64,000 nt of DNA from Mustelus asterias. Lineage: Eukaryota. A program made the position numbers and the translations under genes. Below the pieces are notes generated by a model. The model ran no database searches, was not told the DNA's origin, and saw only the letters and a list, made by a program, of their open reading frames with translations. Location of the stretch: positions 136,834,001-136,898,000 of the forward strand of contig NC_135809.1 in assembly GCF_964213995.1 (NCBI RefSeq). The letters run 5' to 3'. Numbering within the stretch: the first letter of the stretch is position 1; each line of letters begins with the position of its first letter. This document shows, piece after piece, positions 1-12,140 of the stretch.

Positions 1-56
1 GCCGAAGGGCCTGTTCTGCGCTGTAATGTTCTATGTTCTATGTTCTATGTTCTATG
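1..56 (+). mobile_element. 3' tail of a CR1-clade LINE (runs in from beyond the window edge)
   Basis: ggccgaagggcctgtt...(TTCTATG)n tail, same as the CR1 3' ends at 6860-6920 and 36090-36138. Confidence 0.85.
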
Positions 57-625
57 TCGAATGCCTTCTTCACCACTCTGTCCACCTGTGACTCCACTTT
101 CAAGGAGCTATGAACATGAACCCCTAGATCTCTTTGTTCTGTAACTCTCCCCAACACCCTACCAATAACTGAGTAAGTCCTGTCCTGGTTCAATCTACCA
201 AAATGCATCACCTCACATTTGTTGAAATTAAACTCCATCCGCCAACTGCCTGCCCACTGGCCCAATTGATCAAAATCCCGCTGCAATTGGAGATAACTTT
301 CTTCACTGTCCACTATGCCACCAATCTTAGTGTCATCTGCAAACTTACTAACCATGCCTCCTATATTCTCATCCAAATCATTAACATAAATGACGAATAG
401 CAGTGGACCCAGCACTGACCCCTGAGGCACACCGCTGGTCACAGGCCTCCAGTTTGAAAAATAATTCTCTTCAACCACCCTCTGGCTTCTGTCAAGAAGC
501 CAATTTTGTATCCATTTAGATGCCTCACCTTGGATTCCATGAGATTTAACCTTATGCAACAACCTACCATGCAGTGCCTTGTCAAAGGCCTTGCTAAAGT
601 CCATGTAGACAACACCAACTGCATT
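57..625 (-). mobile_element. CR1 LINE ORF2 fragment (RT domain)
   Basis: ORF 38..604 has [17 protein letters not shown] and KFADDTK reverse transcriptase motifs. Confidence 0.92.
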
Positions 626-813
626 GTTTGTTATAAAAAGGGTTCTCCTGAAACCACTTGTGGAAAAATGTGGTGAAGGAAGTCCATGAATTAAAAATGC
701 TTCGATTGTCTGAAATTGAGTGCCAAGAATTTGCTGAATCTTTACTGGGACCCATGAATAATTTTCATGGCATTGGATGGAGCACTATGATTTCCAGCAT
801 TGGGTAAAAAAAT

Positions 814-1084
814 AAAGTAAAGTTTACTTATTAGTCACAATTCAGGCTTACATTAATACTGCAATAAAATTACTGTGAAATTCCCCTAGTCGCCGCACTC
901 CAGTGCCTGTTCGGGTCAATGTACCTAACCAGCACGTCTTTCAGACTGTGGGAGGAAACCGGAGCACCCGGAGGAAACCCACGCAGACACAGGGAGAACA
1001 TGTAGACTCCACACAGACAGTGACATAAGTCGGGAATCGAACCCAGGTCCCTGGCGCTGTGAACAGTGCACTGTGCTACCGTGC
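814..1084 (-). mobile_element. tRNA-derived V-SINE with alternative (type-2) 3' tail
   Basis: core ggaggaaaccggagcacccggaggaaacccacgcagacac; B-box gggttcgattcc on the minus strand; tail ...gtgactaataagtaaacttt. Confidence 0.85.
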
Positions 1085-1087
1085 ACT

Positions 1088-1374
1088 GTCACTGTCTGTG
1101 TGGCGTCTGCACGTTCTCCCCATGTCCGCGTATGTTTCCTCCAGGTGCTTCAGTTTCCTCCCACAGTCCAATCCAAAGATGTGCAGTGTAAGTCGATTGG
1201 CCATGCTAAATTGCCCCAAGATGTGTAGGTTAAGGGCATTAGCCGGGTAAATACAAAGGGTAGCCGGGTAAATATAGGGATAGGGCCTGGGTAAAATGCT
1301 CTATAGGAGAGAGTTGTTGTAGAATCGATGAGCCGAATGGCCTGCTTCGGCCTGTAGGGATTCTATTCTATGAT
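1088..1374 (+). mobile_element. HE1-type V-SINE, 5'-truncated, CR1-like tail
   Basis: V-core followed by gccgaatggcct...ttctattctatga tail. Confidence 0.85.
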
Positions 1375-1774
1375 TTTGATAGCATTATCACACTGCATCA
1401 TTTCAAAAATCTGTGTAAGGAAATGGGACTCCAACACTAAAGGACAGGAACCTCAATACAACTTTGCCACTTTGTTACAGTGGCAATAACAGTGCTGTTG
1501 TTTCAGGGTAACTGGAGTGGAACTTCTCCCCAACATATTTAACTAGTACTGCAGTGTACAAATTGAAATACAACACAACAAAGAGTTGTTGTCATTATGC
1601 TACAACCAGACTATAAAAAAGTGTATTTTATTTATTGCCAATCAAATTATTTCAGCAGATTACATGTGGCATCAAGAGAATGTATGACAACCTGCTGTAT
1701 ACGCGTCAGTTTTATAAATTCTTCATGCTACAAATGTGACTGATTGCAGATTTGGGAGGAATGTACAGATATGT

Positions 1775-2050
1775 GTGAGGTCCTCTGGCATTGCTGGCAG
1801 TGTCTCTACCCCCGAGGTAGAGACTCTGGGTTTAAGTCCCATCCTGGTCTTTATGACCAAGAAAGATGTGCTCATAACGTGGTCAAACAGAGTGAGAATC
1901 ACCCTTCCAAAACACGGCGGTAAGAATGGGAGAGTTTCCTGTTCAGCCACGTGATGGAAAGAAAGATGGAGCCTCTACCCTCACTACCCTGAGGCGACAG
2001 CGCGCATGGAAAAGTGTACGTTGCAACTTGGACTTCCTGAGTTGAACTGT
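1775..2050 (+). mobile_element. old tRNA-derived SINE (family unassigned)
   Basis: A-box-like tggcattgctgg and B-box-like ggtttaagtcc at tRNA-like spacing. Confidence 0.45.
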
Positions 2051-2126
2051 AACACGCTATTATGGCCATGTCGCAATGTAGTTGTCATTGAATTAATCAG
2101 TTCAGTAATGAGATGAATATAAATCA

Positions 2127-2623
2127 TTGATTTGATTTGATTTTATTTATATTGTCACATGTATTAGTTATATAATGAATAGTATTGTTTCTTGCGCGCT
2201 ATACAGACAAAGCATGCTGTACATAGAGAATGAAAGAAGAAAGTGCAGAATGTATTGTTACAGTCATAGCTCGGGTGTAGATAAAGATCGACTTAATGTG
2301 AGGGAGGTCCATTCAAAAGTCTGACAGCAGCAGGGAAGAAGCTGTTCTTGAGTCGGTTGATAAGTGTCCTCAGACTTCTGTATATTTTTCCCGACAGATG
2401 AAGGTGGAAGAGAGAATGTCTGGGGTGCGTGGGGTCCTTAATTATGCTGACTGCTTTGCCGAGGCAGTGGGAAGTGTAGACAGAGTCAATGGCTGGGAGG
2501 CTGGTTTGCGTGATGGACTGGGCTTTCTTCACAACGCTTTGTAGTTTCTTGCGGTCTTGGGCAGAGCAAGAGTTACATCCAGCTGTGATACAACCAGAAA
2601 GAAAGCTTTCTATGGTGCATCTG
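2127..2623 (-). mobile_element. Rex1/Babar LINE 3' fragment
   Basis: ORF 2293..2628 RCTIES..CITA..AQDRKKLQ..NRLKNSFFPAAVRLLN; (TCAAA)n tail. Confidence 0.85.
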
Positions 2624-2997
2624 CTCATTGTTCAACCGGAGCAAGGCAGAGAGGAGCGATTTGTGGCTGCAGTAAAAAGGGTAAGGGATGAACTTTATTT
2701 TCATTACTTTTTCACGGGGTTTCTTTTTTACGAGTTTAAGGGAAAAGCAGAAGTAGGCCGGGCGTGGGGTGATCTTTTTTTTTAAGCGCGCGGGAGGTTT
2801 CAAAAGCAGGCCGCACTATCCAGCGGGCAGCGGAGTTAGCGGGCAGCGGAGTGAGCAGGCAGCAGAGTGAGAGCTGAAGGGCTTTGGCTCAACGGGCTTA
2901 GGAGGAATCGGGCGAGGGAGGGTAGGTTTAGTTTTTAGTTGTTTCACCTTTTAAGTCTTAAGTTCTTTCCCTGTGGAATCTGAGGAAAAGGGACATT

Positions 2998-3919
2998 ATG
3001 AATGTGAAGCCAGTTTGCTGTTCTCGGTGCCGGATGTGGGAGGTCGTGGAGTCTCCTAGCCTCCCAGGGGTGCATATCTGCGCTAGGTGTGTCGAGCTGC
3101 GGCTCCTAAGGGACCGAGTTAGGGAACTGGAGCTGCAGCTCGAGGACATTCGTCTGGTCAGGGAAAACGAGGAGGTGATAGATAGGAGTTATAGGCAGGT
3201 GGTCACACCGGGGCCACAAGAAGCAGGCAAGTGGGTCACAGTCAGGAAAGGGAAAAGTCAGGTGGTAGAGAGTACCCCAGTGATTGTGCCCCTTAAAAAT
3301 AACTACTCTTGTTTGAGTACTGTTGGGGTGGACAGCCCACCTGGTGGAAGCAGCAGTGGTCGTGTCTCCGGCGTGGAGTCCAGCCTTGTCCAGAAGGGTA
3401 AGGAAAGGAGGAGGAAGGCAGTGGTGATCGGGGACTCTACAGTGAGGGGGTCAGACAGGCGTTTCTGTGGAGGAAGTCGAGAAACGCGGATGGTGGTTTG
3501 CCTCCCTGGTGCCGGGATCAGGGATGTTTCTGAACGTATCCAAGAAATCCTGAAGTGGGAGGGAGAGGAGCCAGAGGTCGTGGTGCATACTGGTACCACT
3601 GACATAGGCAGGAAAGGGGAAGGGGTTATGAAAAGAGAATATAGGAAGTTAGGTAGGGAGTTAAGAAGAAGGAACGCAAAGGTAGTAATCTCGGGATTGC
3701 TGCCTGTTCCACGAAACAGTGAGGGAAGGAACGGAATAAGGTGGAGGATAAATGCTGAGGGATTGGAGCAGGGGTCAGGGATTCAGGTTCCTGGATCATT
3801 GGGACCTCTTTAGGGGCAGTTGGGACCTGTACAAAAAGGACGGGTTTCACTTAAATCCCAGGGGGACCAATATCCTGGCAGGAAGGTTTGCTAAGGCTAC
3901 TGGGGAGTGTTTAAACTAG
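2998..3919 (+). pseudogene. CR1 ORF1 (zinc finger, leucine zipper, SGNH-type esterase), frameshifted near 3755
   Basis: CxxC..CxxC, coiled coil, GDSTVRG, VHTGTTD; the shifted frame continues ...DGFHLN...ECLN* with TAG at 3917-3919. Confidence 0.9.
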
Positions 3920-6830
3920 AATGGTTGGGGGGTGGGAATCGAAATGAGATGACTGGGAGAGAGGAGGTTAGCTTAAAAATAAAAGGGGCTTGTAGACAGT
4001 GTGAGAGGGAGCATAGGCAGGTGACGGAGAAGGGAAGCGCTCAGACCGAAGGGTTGAGATGTGTGTATTTTAACGCAAGGAGTGTAGTGAACAAAATGGA
4101 TGAGCTTAGAGTGTGGATCGTTACTTGGAAGTGTGATGTGGTGGCCATTACAGAGACTTGGTTATCTCAGGGACAGGACTGGATACTTCAAGTGTCGGGT
4201 TTCAGATGTTTCAGGAGGGACAGGGAAGGAGGCAAAAGAGGTGGGGGAGTGGCACTGTTGATCAGGGATAGTGTCACGGCTGTAGAAAAGATGGACACCA
4301 TGGAGGGATTGTCTACGGAATCTCTGTGGGTGGAGGTTTGCAACAGGAAGGGGTCAATAACTTTACTGGGTGTTTTCTATAGGCAGCCCAATAGTAGCAG
4401 GGATGTGGAGGAGCAGATTGGGAAGCAGATCCTGGAGAGATGTGATAATAACAGAGTGGTCGTGATGGGAGATTTTAATTTCCCAAATATCGATTGGAAT
4501 ATCCCTAGGGTAAGGGGTTTAGATGGGGAGAAGTTTGTTAGGTGTGTTCAGGGGGGCTTCCTGACACAGTATGTAGATAAGCCTACAAGAGGAGAGGCTG
4601 TACTTGATTTGGTATTGGGAAATGAACCTGGGCAGGTGTCAGATCTCTCAGTGGGAGAGCATTTTGGGGATAGTGATCATAACTCTATCTCCTTTACATT
4701 AGCATTGGAGAGAGATAGGATCAGTCAAGCGAGGAAAGTGTTTATTTGGAGTAAGGGCAATTATGAGGTTATTAGGCAGGAAATCAGAGGCATAAACTGG
4801 AAGGTTTTCTCAGGGAAATGTACAGAAGAAATGTGGCAAATTTTCAAGGAAAATTTGTCTGGAGCTCTGCACAGCAACGTTCCAATGAGACAGGGGAGTT
4901 ATGGTAGGTCACAGGGACCATGGTGCACGAAAGCTGTAACGAATTTAGTCAAGACGAAAAGAAAAGCCTACAAAAGGTTCAGGGAGCTAGGTAATGTTAG
5001 AAATCTAGAAGAGTATATGACTAGTAGGAAGGAACTTAAGAGGGAAATTAGAAGAGCAAGAAGGGGTCATGAGAAGGCCTTGGCAGACAGGATAAAGGAA
5101 AACCCCAAGGCATTCTACAAGTATGTTAAGAGCAAGAGGATAAGATGTGAAGGAGTAGGACCTATCAAATGTGATGGTGGGAAAGTCTGTATAGAACCGG
5201 TAGAAATGGCAGAGGTACTCAATAAATACTTGGCTTCAGTATTCACAGTGGAAAAGGATCTTGGTAGTTGCAGTGCAGACTTGCAGTGGACTGAGAAGAT
5301 TGAGCATGTGGACATTAGGAAAGAGGATATGTTGGAGCTTTTGAAAAGCATCAAGTTAGATAAATTGCCGGGACTGGATGGGATGTACCCGAGGTTACTG
5401 TGGGAGGCGAGGGAAGAGATTGCTGAGCCTCTGGCGATGATCTTTGCATCATCAATGGAGACAGGAGAGGTTCCGGAGGATTGGAGGATTGCGGATGTGG
5501 TTCCGTTATTCAAGAAAAGGAGAAGAGATAGCCCAGGAAATTATAGACCAGTAAGTCTAACCTCAGTGGTTAGTAAGTTGATGGAGAAGATCCTGAGAGG
5601 CAGGATTTATGAACATCTGGAGAGGAATAGTATGATCAGAAATAGCCAGCACGGCTTTGTCCAAGGCAGATCATGCCTTACGAGCCTAATTGAATTTTTT
5701 GAAGATGTAACTAGACACATAGACTAGGGAAGAGCGGTAGATGTAGTTTATATGGATTTCAGCAAGACGTTTGATAAGGTGCCGCATGCAAGACTCATTG
5801 AGAAAGTGAAGGGGCATGGGATACAAGGGGACATTACTTTGTGGGTTCAGAACTGGCTTGCCCACAGAAGGCAAAGAGTGGTTGTAGATGGGTCTTTTTC
5901 AGCATGGAGGTCGGTCACCAGTGGAGTACCCCAGGGATCTGTTCTGGGACCCTTGCTCTTTGTGATTTTTATAAATGACCTGGATGAGGAAGTGGAAGGA
6001 TGGGTTGGCAAGTTTGCTGATGACACAAAGGTTGGTGGGGTTGTGGATAGTGAGAGGGATGTCAGCAGTTGCAACGAGACATAGATAAGATGCAAGACTG
6101 GGCGGAGAAGTGGCAGATGGACTTCAACCCAGATGAGTGTGTGGGGGTTCACTTTGGCAGGTCGAATCGGATGAAAGAATATAATATTAAGGGTAAGACG
6201 CTTGGCAGTGTGGAAGATCAGAAGGATCTTGGGGTCCGGGTTCATAGGACGCTCAAAGCAGCATCGCAGGTGGAGGCTGTGGTTAAGAAGGCGTATGGAA
6301 TACTGGCCTTCATCAATAGAGGAATTGAGTTTAGAAATTGGGAGATAATGCTGCAGCTGTATAGGACCCTGGTCAGACCCCATCTGGAGTACTGTGCCCA
6401 GTTCTGGTCGCCTCATTACAGAAAGGATGTGGGAGCCATAGAAAGGGAGAAGAGGAGATTTACAAGGATGCTGCCTGGATTAGGTGGCATGCCTTATGAG
6501 GATAGGTTGAGAGAGCTCGGTCTTTTCTCCTCGGTGAGACGAAGGATGAGAGGTGACCTGATAGAGGTGTATAAGATGCTGAGGGGTATTGATAGAGTGG
6601 ATTCTCAGAGGCTTTTACCCAGGGCTGAAATGGTTTCCACAAGAGGTCACAGATTTAGGATGCTGGGGAGTAGGTACAGTGGAGATGTTAGGGGTAAGTT
6701 TTTCACTCAGAGGATGGTGGGTGCGTGGAATCGGCTGCCGGTAGTGGTGGTGGAGGCGGATTTGATAGGGTCTTTTAAGAGACTTTTGGACAAGTTCATG
6801 GACGTTCGTAAGATAGTGGGTTATAGGTAA
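3907..6830 (+). pseudogene. CR1 ORF2 (APE endonuclease + RT); premature TAG at 5725-5727 and frameshift near 6055
   Basis: YFNARS, ITETWL, MGDFNFP, SDHN (APE); [29 protein letters not shown] (RT) across ORFs 3907..5727, 5752..6084 and 6069..6830. Confidence 0.95.
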
Positions 6831-7312
6831 GCCCAGTAGGTAGGGACATGTTCGGCACAACTTGTGGGCTGAAGGGCCTGTTTGTGCTGTAGCTTTTTTA
6901 TGTTCTATGTTATATGTTCTCTATCTGTGAAATGTATTGAAAAATACAGTATTTTATATGTAACAAGTCAAAAATTCTTAAATATTTTATTGAATTAAAT
7001 GTCGGATTTAATTTTAATCTGGGTTGTTGGTGATGGAATGGAGTTTGTTAGTTTTAAGGATCTTGAGCTGAGATTTGCTATTTAGAATACTTTCCAAGGT
7101 GTAGCTGCAGTTTCAGTGAGACAAGAGTGAATTTAACTTGTGTGTCGCAGCAGATCACAGTAAGTGCAGCAATCTGGGAGAGATCTTGTTTTTGGAACTG
7201 GTTGTTGGTTAGAGGTAGCAGTGAGGACAATTGAAATGGTGGCCAGAGCAATCAAAGCAGTCGCCTGTAAATGGAGGTGCGAGCAGCACTACTGTGCCAC
7301 TTCCTAGATGCT

Positions 7313-7448
7313 GGCTGGAATTCTTCGACCGTTCAATCCCCACTGTTGCTACCAGCGAGAACGGAGAATTGGGCGCTCAGCCAAATCTCAGTTCATGGAA
7401 GCGGGACTGGAGAATCCCAGCTGCGGGCAAGGTCGGAGAATTCCAGCC
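7313..7448. mobile_element. about 136-bp MITE
   Basis: TIR GGCTGGAATTCTTCGACC / GGTCGGAGAATTCCAGCC (17/18 match); TGCT on both flanks. Confidence 0.8.
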
Positions 7449-8689
7449 TGCTGTCTATTTAAGGAGAGGCACATAAGTCCCAGTCACAAATTAAGTATTC
7501 TATACTCCATACTTCTCTATTGTGTATTCTGTTTGTCCAGCCTGGGGGAGAATTATGCAGGTAATAACCTAATTTACTTTTTGCTTTTGCTTACTGGTAA
7601 CAATATAACTTAATTTACAGCAGTGATTCAATTTGACTAAGTTCAGTGTAGATGGAAACTCAGATACCATTTAATTTTTCCCTTCGAATGATTGTGTTGG
7701 CAGAAGAAGCTAATCTTCAACCCAGCGCTATAGTTCTCTGAATTAGCACTGACAATTATCAAGGTTGCAATGACCTCAACAAGACAGGACTTCATCCATT
7801 CATTGTAAATGGTGTTCGTGGAAATGAACTTTCTTGATAAAAATGATCCCGTACAGAATTCTCCACTTGTCGTCCAGCACAGAGAGGTTAGTAAAACCAT
7901 GGGCACCCGTTGGAAAAGTTAATTGAAAATATCAAGTTTGGATTATCCAGCTTCATTCATTGGGTAATTGTCATAGCCAAACATTTATCTTATTCAGGTT
8001 CTGGAAAGAGAATGAATGGAATAATTTGCAGATTTAAGGATAGTTGTTGAAAAACAATAAATGATGAGAGTGTAAAGTGCATTTCCAGTATGTTTTGAAT
8101 AACAAAAAGTGTGATAGAATGTCTATATTTAAATCTACATTTTAATTACATAATCATTCTCCTTAACTTGTCAGTCTACAGAAGGTTTCTCAAGTTAATC
8201 CTAAACCTATGTAATATGCACAAGTATACATGAGTTAGTTTTTTTTGCACACTTTAATAAGAATTGACACACAGATTTCAAATGTTGCCCGAAGGACAAG
8301 TAACGAATCAACCACAGAAAGAAGACGATATAAACACTCTGAGTACAATGTCATATTAATAGCACCAAGGCAACAAAAAGCAATTAAGGGAAAACCATAG
8401 GGAGATTAAAAGAGAATAGTATATCATATGAAGATAACATGCTTAGGATTGCTGTCATGTGATGAAACGATGTAGTTTTATTGTAAATGAAATATCTCTC
8501 ACAGTTCATTTTAATGGAAATTAACTTTGATTCAGTGGGCTTACTTTTGCAAATGTAAAAAGTGTATCTGAAAACCGTTTGCAAAAATATTTAACATTTT
8601 GATGGAAGGACTGGATTACATTGCACCAATTTGCAGGGGAAAACCGGACACTGATGGGCTCGCACTGACCTTGATAAGAATTGGAAAAT

Positions 8690-9660
8690 GTTTATAGATG
8701 ACATAGATGATTTGGAGTTGGGGACCAAGTGTAGTGTGTCAAAATTCGCAGATGACACTAAGATGAGTGGCAGAGCGAAGTGTGCAGAGGACGCTGAAAG
8801 TCTGCAAAGGGATATAAATAGTCTAAGTGAGTGGGTGAGGGTCCGGCAGATGGAGTACAATGTTGGTAAATGTGAGGTCATCCATTTTGGTAGGAATAAC
8901 AGCAAAATGGACGATTATTTAAATGGTAAAAAATTGCAGCATTCTGCTGTGCAGAGGGACCTGGGTGTCCTTGTGCAGGAATCTCAAGGAGTTGGTTTGC
9001 TGGTGCAGCAGGTAATTAAGAAGGCAAATGGAATTTCGTCCTTCATTGCTCGAGGGATGGAGTTTAAAAACAGCGAGATTATGTTGCAGCTGTATAAGGT
9101 GCTGGTGAGGCCACACCTGGAGTACTGTGTACAGTTTTGGTCTTACTTGAGAAAGGATATACTGGCACTGGAGAGGGTGCAGAGGAGGTTCACCAAGTTG
9201 ATTCTGGAGTTGAAAGGGTTCGCTTATGAGGAGCGACTGAGTGGACTGGGGCTATACTCAGTGGAATTCAGAAGAATGAGGGGAGATCTTATAAAAACAT
9301 ATAAGATTATGAAGGGAATAGATAAGATAGAAGCAGGGAAGTTGTTTCCACTGGCAGGTGAAACTCGAACTAGGGGGCATAGCCTCAAAATAAGGGGGAG
9401 CAGATTTAGGACTGAGTTGAGGAGGAACTTCTTCACACAAAGGGTTGTGAATCTGTGGAATTCCCTGCCCAGTGAAGCAGTTGAAGCTACCTCATTGAAT
9501 GTTTTTAAGGCAAGGATAGATAAATTAAGGGTGGGTAAGTGGAGTGGGTGGGTAAGTGGAGCTGAGTCCATAAAAAGATCAGCCATGATCTTACTGAATG
9601 GCGGAGCAGGCTCGAGGGGCCAGATGGCCGACTCCTGCTCCTAGTTCTTATGTTCTTACT
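8690..9660 (+). mobile_element. CR1 LINE 3' fragment
   Basis: ORF 8688..9644 KFADDTK..RPHLEYCVQFW..RGHS..FFTQRV; (TTCTTATG)n-like tail. Confidence 0.92.
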
Positions 9661-9856
9661 ATTAAGTCACAGAGGGGCACACACCTTTTCAGGCCCATTT
9701 GTGAAATTGGTTGCTGCTTTAGACACCGCAGACAGTTTTCTTAAGTGAAGAGCAGCAAAACTGAGGCTATTTAAAGGGACCACGAGAAGTTGTCATCGAA
9801 AAGATAGATAAAACACTCTTTATGTATCAGAATGTGGAGCCAGAGAGACAGTCCTC

Positions 9857-10066
9857 TAATAAAAGCAAATTACTGCAGATGCTGGAATCTGAAACAAAAA
9901 CAGATAATGCTGGAAAATTTCAGCAAGTCTGACAGCCTCTGCGGAGAGAGAATAGAGTCAACGCTTCGAGTCTGGATGACCATTTGTCAGAGCTTATGAT
10001 GAAGTGATGAGCTCATGAGCTCTGACGAAAGGTCATCCAGACTCGAAACATTGGCTCAATTCTCCC
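9857..10066. mobile_element. fold-back PLE-type terminal fragment (family B) with two inverted hammerhead motifs
   Basis: inverted arms 9955-9994 / 10017-10057; degenerate 13-bp TSD agagacagtcctc / agatacagttctc. Confidence 0.7.
10017..10057 (+). ncRNA. minimal type-I hammerhead ribozyme motif (degenerate)
   Basis: gagct-CTGACGA-a-aggtc-atcca-gactc-GAAA-CATT-ggctc. Confidence 0.6.
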
Positions 10067-11774
10067 AGATACAGTTCTCCTTCTGCCTTCACACTAAAAC
10101 TGCTGGCAGATGCAGACCAACATTTGCCGCACACTTCCTCTCTCGTTCCTAATCTCCTAATTTCCCCATTTTATTAGGATCGGAGTTGCTACAGTACCAA
10201 TATCACTGCCAGCTATCTGTCCAAATTTGTATGGTCTGCTTGATCGTCAGCTTCAGGTTAGCGATTCACGTTGGTGTGTAATGGAATCCTCGCAGCAGAT
10301 TGGTAACTCTGCCAAACTGTCATTTGTGATGTGGATGTCCAGAGGAGGCAAATGTCCAATGCATCGCAGTTACTTGATTGGAATTGTGAACAAAAGATGG
10401 GAATATTTTGGGTTTGCTCTGGACATTATCCAGTCTATAAGCTCATTTCCAAATCTGCAGCAGTGACCTGAGTTTCTGGTGACTCAGAAGGACTTTGCAC
10501 CTTAACCAAAATGGTGCTGGAGCCCAGAACTCAGAAGTCTCATCTCTGAATCCAGTACTCACCACTTTCACCAGGGGTGAGGGGAGGGGGAGGGGGGAAT
10601 GTTTTTCACCCATCAACAGTTCACAGCTACAAATGTAAAGGTTCCGCTGGCTTCCAGCAGAAACAATTTTGATCATTGCAGTTTCAGAAGCATGACTTGT
10701 GGGCTTAAGATATTTGGAGAAAAGTTCTAAACCTACCAGAGTTCTTTCGAGAGGTAAGGTACCCTTTTTGGAGAGTTGAGCACATCTTTTGGGGAGGTGA
10801 GGTACCCTTTGGAAGATGTCATGTAGGCTTTGGGATTGTTAAGATTGGACCTGAATGAATGTGCATACAAAGTGGACATACTCTGTTGAACTGTCAATCT
10901 ATCAAGTCATTTAAATCTTTTGCCTTTTTACATCCTGGGCAAAAATGTTAGTCTGCTGTTGAAAAAAAATATTGCTCGCAATCTCACAAAATCTTAGTTG
11001 ATATATGTCTGAATGCTATCACTTATGGTACTATTTCAACTTGACTGCTTCCATAACATCATTATCACAGTAGGGGGCTACACATTCACAGTTTCATTGG
11101 CAGCCCTAAGTGGCTACAAAGAGATATGCTATCTTTGATGTGGGACTGTGAATATAAATGCTTGCTTTTATGAGGGATTGAGTACTTGATGGAAATATTT
11201 ATTTTATAAGGGATTATGCACCTGAAGGGATTCAAATATATTGAATAGTTTTTATACCAATGAGAATTTTTTTAAATATAGCGAGGTCTGTGGCAGATAC
11301 TTGCAACTCTATTTTATTTCATCTTACCATGGCTCCTGAGGTCTACCCATGGTGAATATTGAATAAGTTACCATAGAGTACGTTAGGCCAAAAGCTGGTA
11401 GATGGGAGTGGCATGGGTTGACATGAGTTGGCACTAAATTGGCATAGGGTATACAAAGGGCCATGAGAATGAGTGGGGGGTTCAAAGTTGGCATGATTTG
11501 GTCCTAAGTTGGCATAGGGGTTGTAAAGGGACACAGAGGTGGGTAGAGAGCACAGCTTGGAATGGAGGATATGAGGAGCTATGGTAGTGGGTTGAGGGAC
11601 TAATGTTGGCATACAGGATATGTGTGGCCATGGGAGTAGGTGGGGGGGAAAGGTGGCATGAATTGGCCTGCGTGGAACTTTAGGAGAATGTGAGGGGTAT
11701 GAGGGGTGAGGGCTGTTGTTTTTGTTTTACTGCTTTTTTCACAAATGGGGTGAAATTCCAGAGCAGCAAAGTGG

Positions 11775-12140
11775 ACCTCTTAACCAGGTTGCCTCAGCAC
11801 CCAGCCCTAAACCTGATCCTAACCCTAGCCCTAATGCAACCACTTGTGTTTGCCTCTGCACAGTTTCTGGGGGTCATCAGACCCACTACAATTACCCCCA
11901 CCCTGCCACCTTGTCTTATTAATCATTTTGTCCAATCACAGCGATTTGTTAGGAATGAGCAGAATAAATCCCTGTTTATTGCAGCTTTATACGTCTATAT
12001 GTTTAAAGTAATGTCTGGATTTCTCCAACCCCACCCATGGCTGGGTGAATGGAGACTTGGCTGAGCGCCAAATTCTCCATTCTCGCTGGCAGTGGCAGTG
12101 GGGGCAGGAAGACATCGTAGAATTTTGGCCAAAATATGCA
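11775..12140 (+). repeat. source copy of a local duplication (ends in a MITE at about 12013-12130)
   Basis: collinear match to 12799-13006 + 14285-14309 + 14482-14616. Confidence 0.9.

Larger units (their letters stand above)
2624..6922 (+). mobile_element. full-length CR1 LINE (HER1-like), about 4.3 kb, inactivated
   Basis: 5' UTR, ORF1, ORF2 and (TTCTATG)n tail; possible TSD ATCTG at 2619-2623 / 6923-6927. Confidence 0.95.

Noticed and set aside
5725-5727. In-frame TAG in CR1 ORF2 as programmed readthrough
   Set aside because: Most simply a GAG-to-TAG mutation in a dead copy that also carries two frameshifts.
5115-6416. Antisense ORFs over CR1 ORF2
   Set aside because: Shadow frames of the RT coding sequence with no independent motifs.
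7643-8001. Possible coding exon (ORF 7643..7906 and an acceptor-like site near 8001)
   Set aside because: No frame stays open from the acceptor and no peptide is recognisable.
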